From contig JBBIOM010000041.1 of assembly GCA_037443365.1 (NCBI GenBank), positions 1 through 15,911 of the forward strand: DNA of 15,911 bases, in the 5' to 3' direction. This DNA is from Armatimonadota bacterium. GTDB taxonomy: Bacteria > Sysuimicrobiota > Sysuimicrobiia > Sysuimicrobiales > Humicultoraceae. Position 1 is the stretch's first letter, and each line of letters begins with the position of its first letter. Below the pieces are notes generated by a model. It was not told the origin of the DNA and searched no databases. It saw only the letters and a program-made list of their open reading frames with translations. The translations under genes and the position numbers were made by a program. Below, piece by piece: positions 5,528-15,911 of the stretch.

Positions 5528-7114
5528 CTACCTACGAGCGATGTAGGCGTCTTGCAGGTACACCGCGTTAGTGAATGGATGTGCCTTGACGTCCCTCACC
5601 TCGCTCCGCACGGCTATGACGTGCTCCCTCACGTATAGAGGCACCCACGGGGCGATCTCTACCAGCTGCTTCTGGAGCTCGAAGTAGACCTCCATTCGCT
5701 TCCGCTCATCCATCGTGGTCCGCCCCGCGTCCAGCAGCCGGTCCAGTTCTGGAGTAGAGTAGTGCACACGGATCGAGCGGCCTGTGTAGAAGAGCGCGTG
5801 CAGGATGTCAGGATCGTACCATCCGTAGGGCCAGACAATCATCTCGTGAAGCCCCCGCGGGGTGTTGGCACGGATCGTTGCATCTTCCAGAACCTCCAGG
5901 TCCACATGCATTCCGATCGCGCGAAGCTGGGATTGCAGGATCATGCCGATCCTGTGATTTACGGGGTCGGTTGTAACCCAGAGACTGGAAGCAAGGCGCT
6001 TCCCTTCCTTGACCATAATGCCGTCTGGGCCCGGGTGCCACCCTCCCTCGGCTAGTATGGCACGAGCCTTCCGGCGATCGAATGGGTAGAGCTGCCTGCT
6101 CATCTCCTCGATCCGCTCGGAGAACCCGGGGATCGTCGGCGGAAGAGGCCCGTAAACGGGCTTGGCCAGCCCTTCCAGGGCGAAGCGGATCACGTGATCA
6201 CGCTGGACCGCAGTAGAGATCGCCTTGCGAACCTTGGCATCGGTGAAGGGCCACTTCTTGTTGTTGAAGCCCAGGTATGTGATCCCATTCTCACGTGTTC
6301 GCAGCAACTGGATGTCCTGGCGCTCTCGCAGCCGCCGGACTTCCTGCGTTGGAACGCTCATTACGACGTGGACTCCGCCCCGGTCCAGCTCAAGCATTCG
6401 CGTCGCCTCGTCCGGAATGATGCGCAGGCGGACCGATTCGACATAAGGGGCCCTCTTGTTCGATGCATAGCGCGGGCCCCAGGTATAGTCGTCGAACCTC
6501 CGGAAGACCAGATGCGACCCGCGCACCCTCTCCACGAACCTGAACGGCCCCGCGCCGCTTGGCCGCTCTCCGAACTCCAGCCCCTCACGTTCCATCACGA
6601 CCGGATCGAAGGGGGCGAGATACGCTGTTACCATCGGGGCCCAAATGGGGGCGTAGGGCTCGCGGAAGCGCAGTCGGACCGTTCGGCTATCCACGACATC
6701 AACGGCATCAAGCGGGCCCAGCATGAAGGCGGATGCGGGCGACCTGACCGCAGGGTCACGGGCTCGATCGTATGTCTTCTTCACCGCCTCAGCGGTGAGC
6801 GGTGAGCCGGAATGGAAGCGGACATCCGTACGCAGCGTGAGAGTGATTTCCTTGCCGTCTGGGGAGACGCGCCAAGACTCCGCCAAGTGCGGGATGATCT
6901 TCCCCTTCTCGTCCATTACGACGAGCGTGTCATAGGGGAGGTAGTTCCCTATGTCCACCCAGGTTGTCTTGTGAATGTCCAGCGTATCGGGGTCACGAAC
7001 AATGGCCATCGTAAGGGTCCCGCCGCGGACTGGCTGACCCAGGGCAGGTATGCTCAGGGCAAGCACCAGCAACAGGGTCACAGTAACGAGACTCTCGAGG
7101 GGTCTGCGCGCCAT
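5528..7114 (-). CDS. Peptide ABC transporter substrate-binding protein (family 5, DppA-like)
   Basis: Signal peptide ..SIPALG-Q; GGTLTMA, DPDTLD, IIPHLAESW, TLRTDVRFHSGSPLTAEAV, GAGPF, PFTDAKVRKAI, PWVPLY; RBS GGAGGGAGGAG. Confidence 0.93.
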   Translation of the reverse strand: MARRPLESLVTVTLLLVLALSIPALGQPVRGGTLTMAIVRDPDTLDIHKTTWVDIGNYLPYDTLVVMDEKGKIIPHLAESWRVSPDGKEITLTLRTDVRFHSGSPLTAEAVKKTYDRARDPAVRSPASAFMLGPLDAVDVVDSRTVRLRFREPYAPIWAPMVTAYLAPFDPVVMEREGLEFGERPSGAGPFRFVERVRGSHLVFRRFDDYTWGPRYASNKRAPYVESVRLRIIPDEATRMLELDRGGVHVVMSVPTQEVRRLRERQDIQLLRTRENGITYLGFNNKKWPFTDAKVRKAISTAVQRDHVIRFALEGLAKPVYGPLPPTIPGFSERIEEMSRQLYPFDRRKARAILAEGGWHPGPDGIMVKEGKRLASSLWVTTDPVNHRIGMILQSQLRAIGMHVDLEVLEDATIRANTPRGLHEMIVWPYGWYDPDILHALFYTGRSIRVHYSTPELDRLLDAGRTTMDERKRMEVYFELQKQLVEIAPWVPLYVREHVIAVRSEVRDVKAHPFTNAVYLQDAYIARR

Positions 7115-7188
7115 CTGACTCCTCCCTCCGGTGTTGTCCTTCTGTTATCCTCCCTTGAGCCTTCCCTATTGTCCTTGAAGTTAGGAAG

Positions 7189-7217
7189 ATGCTAGCGTGA
7201 GGGTGGTGTCAGGTCAA
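7189..7217 (-). promoter_or_regulatory. Sigma70-type promoter for the peptide ABC operon
   Basis: Minus strand TTGACC (7217-7212), 17-nt spacer, TAGCAT (7194-7189). Confidence 0.65.
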
Positions 7218-7384
7218 GAGGGTGTCCCGGGACCAGACGGTCGGTCCAGCAGTTGAGGATCTTGACACCGAGATCCTGCTCCAGAGTTACCAGCGTCTCC
7301 GGACGCTACATCCGGGCCGCGGCCCAGGTCCAATCTCCACTGGCCCTGGGAAACCCTCCTGGGTAAACGATCCGTGAAAGGCGG

Positions 7385-8785
7385 TTAGGCCCCGCGGTTC
7401 TCCGCCGTCTTTCGGAACAAGTATCGCTCGAACAGCAGGTCGACACCCCCCTGTGTCAATCTGAACTCCACCGGCAGGCACTGGCCGCCGGCGTGAGTGT
7501 GGAAGATCGCCGCATCCTCACTGGAGGAGCTCACCCACATAGGCACCAGCTGCTCGGTATGCCGGTCACGGATCTCGAGGACCAGGAAGTCGCCCGCGCG
7601 CCGTACGGATGCCCCGAATGTCTTCTGATAGGTCTCGTAGGTGCCAGCGAGCTGATCGAGCAGGCGTTCCACTCGAAGCCCCGGTACCCGCCAGGGATCC
7701 TCACCGAGCATCAGCGCGAGCGCGTAGTAGGCGAAGTGCTGCATGGGGTACCCACTGCCGTTTGCGAGCATGACCGTGCCGATGCCCCTCTCCGGCACGA
7801 AGGCCATGTAGGCGGTGCTCACCAGCACGCTGCCGCCGTGGCCCACCAGGGTATGGCCGAAGAAGTCCGGATAGATGGACAGACCGTAGCCATAGTAGCC
7901 AGTGGGGGGACTATCGCGACGCTCACCGCGACGTAGGGGTAGGGGGACGGCAGGGGTTTGCATTGAGCGAAGCGTCTCTGCCTCTACCAGGCGCCCGTTT
8001 GGCCCCACACCCCCTGACAGGTACATCATCACGTAGGAGGCCATGTCCTCGACGTTCGAGACGAGGCCGCCGTCGCTCGTCACGCGCCCGTAGAGATACT
8101 GGCCGCGCAGGTGGGTCTTGTCCTTGGTGATCAGGTACGGGGTCGCGGCATCCCCGTCGCCCTCGACATCCGCCCGACCGAAGTAGCTGCGCGTCATTCC
8201 CAGCGGGGTCAGGATGTGATCTCTTATGTAGTCCTGATACGGCTGGCCCGACACTCTCTCGATCACAGACCCGAGCAGAACATAGCCCTCGTTGAGATAG
8301 AACCAGCGCTCCCCGGGCCGACCCAGTGTCCAGCCGCCGGCACCGTTGACGAAGCGCAGCATGTCCTCGTACCCGCCTAGCGGAAGCCAGCGATCGCTGC
8401 TCCCCTGGCGATGCCGGATTGTCGCCTCGGCATAGGCCAGCGCTGGAATACCCGAACTGTGCGACATCAGGTGTCGCAGGCGTATCACCTCCCTGCCGGG
8501 GCGAACTTCCAAGGGGACGTACCGATCAACGGGGTCATCGACGCTGAGCAGGCCCTTCTCCTGCAGCTGCATCATGGCCAAGCAGGTGAACGACTTCGTG
8601 ACGCTCCCGATGCCGAAAAGAGTGCGTGGGGTAGCTGGCAAGCCTTGTTCCAGATCCCGGAATCCAAACCCTCGGCGATGGACCACCCTTCCGTCTTGAA
8701 TCAGGGCAAGGCTCAGGCCTGGAAGCCGGGTCTCACCCATCTTCTCCAGAACGAAATCCTCCAGTCTGGGCACCAATTCCAGCAT
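7385..8785 (-). CDS. Serine hydrolase, beta-lactamase class C fold; Pab87/CubicO-like peptidase with C-terminal oligomerisation domain
   Basis: SxxK (GIGSVTKS), YxN (WFYLNEGY), GHGG, HSSGIPALAYAEA, DGGLVS, YGYGL, C-terminal VDLLFERY as recalled for Pyrococcus Pab87; ATG 8785 after GGAGG; no signal peptide. The ORF extension to 9187 is not considered real. Confidence 0.88.
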   Translation of the reverse strand: MLELVPRLEDFVLEKMGETRLPGLSLALIQDGRVVHRRGFGFRDLEQGLPATPRTLFGIGSVTKSFTCLAMMQLQEKGLLSVDDPVDRYVPLEVRPGREVIRLRHLMSHSSGIPALAYAEATIRHRQGSSDRWLPLGGYEDMLRFVNGAGGWTLGRPGERWFYLNEGYVLLGSVIERVSGQPYQDYIRDHILTPLGMTRSYFGRADVEGDGDAATPYLITKDKTHLRGQYLYGRVTSDGGLVSNVEDMASYVMMYLSGGVGPNGRLVEAETLRSMQTPAVPLPLRRGERRDSPPTGYYGYGLSIYPDFFGHTLVGHGGSVLVSTAYMAFVPERGIGTVMLANGSGYPMQHFAYYALALMLGEDPWRVPGLRVERLLDQLAGTYETYQKTFGASVRRAGDFLVLEIRDRHTEQLVPMWVSSSSEDAAIFHTHAGGQCLPVEFRLTQGGVDLLFERYLFRKTAENRGA

Positions 8786-8899
8786 AGACGCGACCTCCCA
8801 GGAAACGGTTGTTTCTTCCCGATTCGCCTCGCTGTCGGGACGCCCCTTCACGGCCTCCAGCGGCAGGGGGTGCTCATCCAGAGAGGCCCCAGCGTCTCT

Positions 8900-8960
8900 G
8901 GCTCTTCCGGAAACCGGGTGGGTAACTGAACCCGGCCGCATCGCGTTCAAACCCACACCA
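8900..8960 (-). mobile_element. Second ISL3-like terminal fragment
   Basis: GGCTCTTCCGGAAACCGGGTGGGTA (8900-8924) matches 3452-3476 at 18/25 positions in the same orientation; the minus strand reads GLNAMRPGSVTHP, loosely like ISL3 transposase C-termini. Right boundary approximate. Confidence 0.5.
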
Positions 8961-9014
8961 ACAGAAAGGGACCCCGGAAGGAGGTTGGCCCGACCGCTGC
9001 GAAACGGCCTAGCG

Positions 9015-9755
<741 letters not shown>

Positions 9756-9805
9756 ACCAGGCGTGCGGCATCACGGCAGGATCGCTCTCGGGCCAGCCCT
9801 CCCGA

Positions 9806-9851
9806 TTGCTTTAGGACCTTAATGACCTTATCATGAGACCATGAAGGTCAT
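9806..9851 (+). promoter_or_regulatory. TA operon promoter with overlapping operator repeats
   Basis: TTGCTT (9806-9811), 17 nt, TATCAT (9829-9834); GACCTTA direct repeats (9815-9821, 9824-9830); ATGACCTT (9822-9829)/AAGGTCAT (9844-9851) inverted pair. Confidence 0.7.
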
Positions 9852-10131
9852 CAATGTGAGTGAGCTGAAATCCCATCTCAGCAAGTATCTTCGCATGGCC
9901 TCGCGCGGATCACGGATCATCGTGAGGGACAGGGACGAGCCGGTCGCGGAGATTGGCCCCCCGGCCGCCGCCGCGCTGTCGTGGCACGACCGTTTGACGC
10001 GGGCGGGGCGACTACGGCCGGGCACCCAGAACTGGAGCGTCCTCAAGATCTCCAAGCTCGACCGGCGCGTCGACATCCAAGCATCGCTGGGTGCGGTGCG
10101 TGAGGACCCCAATGAAGTACGTCGACGCTAG
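9841..10131 (+). CDS. Phd/YefM-family antitoxin
   Basis: MKVINVSELKSHLSKYLRMASRGSRIIVRDRDEPVAEI is the Phd/YefM N-terminal pattern; 96 aa; overlaps the PIN gene by 20 nt. Confidence 0.9.
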   Translation: MKVINVSELKSHLSKYLRMASRGSRIIVRDRDEPVAEIGPPAAAALSWHDRLTRAGRLRPGTQNWSVLKISKLDRRVDIQASLGAVREDPNEVRRR

Positions 10132-10528
10132 CGCCGTCCTCCGCGTGTTGTTCTCCGAGCCCGGACCCGCCGTCCCGCTCGACGCCGGGGACAGGATTGT
10201 CTCTTCCCAACTCGTGGAGGTGGAGGTCTTTCGAGCGGTCGACCGCGCACGGTTGCTCGGGCACCTCGACGATGTCGAGACGGCGACGAAGCGCAAGGAA
10301 TTGATCGATGTGCTCTCCATGATGGATCTTGCGCCGATCGACGAACTCGTCATCGCGGGCGCGAAGAGCTCGTTCGCCGTGACGGTCCGCGCGATCGACG
10401 CGATCCATGTTGCGACGGCAGAGATCCTCGCTGCGGAGGCGGCGGGGGAACCGCTGGAGTTCTGGACCCACGACGACCGTCAGGCCACTGCGGCGCTCTC
10501 GCGCGGTCTCACCGTGCGCGGCGTGTAA
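10112..10528 (+). CDS. PIN-domain (VapC-family) toxin
   Basis: MKYVDASA, LVEVEV, RAIDAIHVATA, FWTHDDRQ provide the PIN acidic residues; 138 aa from ATG 10112. Confidence 0.9.
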   Translation: MKYVDASAVLRVLFSEPGPAVPLDAGDRIVSSQLVEVEVFRAVDRARLLGHLDDVETATKRKELIDVLSMMDLAPIDELVIAGAKSSFAVTVRAIDAIHVATAEILAAEAAGEPLEFWTHDDRQATAALSRGLTVRGV

Positions 10529-10574
10529 GCAGGATCCATGCCGTTGACAGACCCGCTGGACACTACCCCTCCTG

Positions 10575-10603
10575 TTCACCGCCGCCGTCCTCTTCGATAC
10601 AAT
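10575..10603 (+). promoter_or_regulatory. Putative sigma70 promoter of mfd
   Basis: TTCACC (10575-10580), 17 nt, TACAAT (10598-10603), 20 nt before the ATG. Confidence 0.55.
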
Positions 10604-10623
10604 AGAGGTTACGGTCTGTTGAC

Positions 10624-13806
<3,183 letters not shown>

Positions 13807-13918
13807 GCGGCGCGGCCAGGGAGGTGTGGCGGGGTTGACGCGCCCACCCGGCCCCTGGCACCCCTCCCCTGCCTGAGGTATGCTGTACCCGTTGTCTCAA
13901 TCCAGGAGGTTTCTGCAA

Positions 13919-14956
13919 ATGGAGATCCACGGTTCCGAGCCGACAAGGGGCCGCAGGGGCCTGCCCGAATGGGCCCGCTACGCCCTGATCGCCCTGGGCG
14001 TGGCCGTGCTTGTGGCGGCGGGAGGCACGGGCGCCTGGGTGCTGACCTCGAAGGCCCGGCAGGGGTCGGCCGTGGCCGCCCGGGTCAACGGCGACGCGAT
14101 CTACTGGTCGCAGGTGGACGCCGAGGTAGCCCGCGCCGCAGCCCAGTTCGGCCTCGACCCGGATAGCGACGAGTTCAAGAAGCAGCGGGACCAGGTCGCC
14201 AAGGTGGTGATCGACCAGCTCGTCGCGCAGCGCATCGTGCTGCAGGAGGGACGCAGGCGCAACATCACGGCAAGCGATAAGGAAGTCGATGAGCAGCTGG
14301 CGACGATAAGGCAGCGCTTCCCCGGCGAGGCCGAGTTCAACACCGCCCTGGCGAAGAACGGCCTGACGCTCGCGGGCCTGCGCGACATGATACGCATCAG
14401 CGCCACGCAGCGGCACGTGGCCGACGCCGTGGCGACGGCCACCGTCTCCGACGACGAGGTGCGCAAGCAGTACGACTCCAACCCCACGCTCTACGACAAG
14501 CCAGCCCAGATAAGGGTCAGCCACATCCTGCTGCGCATCGCCGAGAAGAGCGCCGAGCCCATTGCCGCGGCCAAGGCCAAGATCGTCCAGGCGAGGCTGG
14601 CCGACGGCGCCAGGTTCGAGGACATGGCCAAGCAGTACTCCGAGGATCCCGGGAGCGCCGAGCGCGGAGGCGACCTGGGGTTCGTCTCCAAGGGCACCCT
14701 GGTGAAGGAGTTCGAGGCCGTCGCGTGGGCGCTCAAGCCCGGGGGAACCAGCGAGCCGGTGCGCACGCAGTACGGCCTGCACATCATCCGGGTGCACGAG
14801 GTGCGCGCGGCCGAGAAGGGCTCGTTCGAGAAGGTCAGGGAAGAGATCCGCGCGCAACTGCTCGGGGCCAAGCGCGAGAAGGCCTTCGACGCCTGGCTCG
14901 CCGCGCAGCAGAAGGCGGCCAAGGTCGAGCGCTTCGAGAGGCTCGAGAGGAAGTAG
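13919..14956 (+). CDS. SurA/PrsA-type parvulin peptidyl-prolyl isomerase (foldase), N-terminal membrane anchor
   Basis: TM segment YALIALGVAVLVAAGG, VAARVNG SurA_N domain, PpiC motifs SHILL, SEDPGSAERGGDLG, PVRTQYGLHII; AGGAGG before ATG 13919 (alternative start 13880). Confidence 0.9.
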   Translation: MEIHGSEPTRGRRGLPEWARYALIALGVAVLVAAGGTGAWVLTSKARQGSAVAARVNGDAIYWSQVDAEVARAAAQFGLDPDSDEFKKQRDQVAKVVIDQLVAQRIVLQEGRRRNITASDKEVDEQLATIRQRFPGEAEFNTALAKNGLTLAGLRDMIRISATQRHVADAVATATVSDDEVRKQYDSNPTLYDKPAQIRVSHILLRIAEKSAEPIAAAKAKIVQARLADGARFEDMAKQYSEDPGSAERGGDLGFVSKGTLVKEFEAVAWALKPGGTSEPVRTQYGLHIIRVHEVRAAEKGSFEKVREEIRAQLLGAKREKAFDAWLAAQQKAAKVERFERLERK

Positions 14957-14982
14957 CGGCCCGGCCGGAGATCTTCAAGCGC

Positions 14983-15711
14983 ATGCGCTACACCTTCGAC
15001 GACCTGGTGGCGGTCATGGCCCGCCTGCGCGGGCCGGGTGGCTGTCCCTGGGACCGCGAGCAGACGCACGGCTCGCTTGCGCCCTACCTGCTGGAAGAGA
15101 CGCACGAGACCCTCGACGCGATCGCGCGCGGCGACCCAGGGGCGCTGCGCGACGAACTGGGCGACCTGCTGCTCCAGGTGGTCTTCCACGCGCAGATGGC
15201 GCAAGAGTCCGGCGCCTTCGCGGCGGGCGACGTGGTGGACGCGCTGGTGCGCAAGCTGATCGCGCGCCACCCGCACGTCTTTGGGGACGTGCGCGCCGGC
15301 ACGTCTTCCGAGGTCCTGGACCACTGGGGCGAGATCAAGCGCCGCGAGATGCCAGAGCGGGGGATCTTCGACGGCATCCCCGCCTCGCTGCCGGCGCTGG
15401 CGCGGGCGCAGAAGCTGCTGGCGCGCGCGGCCGGGGTCGAGGGAATCGCATCGCGTGGGCACGCTGCGGCGGCGGACGCCACCGCCCAGGTGCGGGACGC
15501 GCTGGATGCGGCCACAGCCGCGGTCTCGGCGGATCCAGCGGCGGCTGCGGCGGAAGGGGCGCCAGGGCCTACCGCCGCGCTGGGCGACCTGCTGCTGGCG
15601 GTCGTGGCGCTCGCGGCCGCCGCGGGCGTGGACGCCGAGTCTGCGCTGCGCAGCGCGTGCGAACGGTTCGTCGCGCGGGCTACCGAACGAAGCGAGCCCT
15701 CGGTATGTTGA
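14983..15711 (+). CDS. mazG: MazG-family nucleoside triphosphate pyrophosphohydrolase
   Basis: LRGPGGCPWDREQTH, LLEETHE, DELGDLLLQVVFH, RHPHVF, GIPASLPAL; second MazG domain degenerate. Confidence 0.93.
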   Translation: MRYTFDDLVAVMARLRGPGGCPWDREQTHGSLAPYLLEETHETLDAIARGDPGALRDELGDLLLQVVFHAQMAQESGAFAAGDVVDALVRKLIARHPHVFGDVRAGTSSEVLDHWGEIKRREMPERGIFDGIPASLPALARAQKLLARAAGVEGIASRGHAAAADATAQVRDALDAATAAVSADPAAAAAEGAPGPTAALGDLLLAVVALAAAAGVDAESALRSACERFVARATERSEPSVC

Positions 15712-15911
15712 TCGTCCTGGTCAGGTGGGGTTTACGGGTCCGGCCGAACTAGGTCCGGACCGAGTTGGAGAACTCATGCGCCAGGGTGTCGGTCTTCGAG
15801 GCGATCCCGAACACCGCATGACAGGAGGAACGCAGAAGACCCCAAGGGCACGCCTCCGCTTCGACCTCGGCTCGCTTCGCCTCGAGGCGTCGAGGTCCGC
15901 GCGTCTGCCGG

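Noticed and set aside
7262-7267. Perfect TTGACA as a plus-strand promoter (also at 10544-10549)
   Set aside because: No acceptable -10 hexamer at 16-18 nt spacing in either case.
8872-8900. SAM-I riboswitch (GCTCATCCAGAGAGGC resembles its 5' end)
   Set aside because: The downstream GAGGGA, GCAACC, GUGC and AGAU elements are absent; the segment forms a simple local hairpin instead.
13856-13872. Sigma54 promoter (TGGCAC) upstream of the foldase
   Set aside because: No GC at the required GG-N10-GC spacing; it is more likely a weak -35 paired with TATGCT at 13879-13884.

Overview
GC-rich bacterial chromosomal segment with three parts. (1) 1-3042: a minus-strand zur-znuA-znuC-znuB zinc-uptake operon with its own sigma70-type promoter and a perfect 9-3-9 palindromic operator. 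(2) 3043-~8960: an accessory stretch. It holds a second minus-strand promoter driving a c-di-GMP-I (GEMM) riboswitch with terminator/antiterminator, followed by ~200 nt of strongly base-paired, apparently non-coding sequence and then the zur-znu operon. It also holds a 186-bp internally deleted ISL3-like element, a 28-nt tRNA 3'-end fragment, and a visibly lower-GC cargo (peptide ABC binding protein, two permeases, no ATPases, and a Pab87/CubicO-like serine peptidase) ending at a second ISL3-like end. (3) ~9015-15911: plus-strand nadE, a Phd/YefM-PIN toxin-antitoxin pair, mfd, a SurA/PrsA-type foldase and mazG. The most notable signal is the riboswitch, which has no protein gene of its own and points into a structured RNA-like segment and the Zur-controlled zinc operon. 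All calls are from reading the sequence by eye and from recalled family motifs; no searches or folding programs were run.
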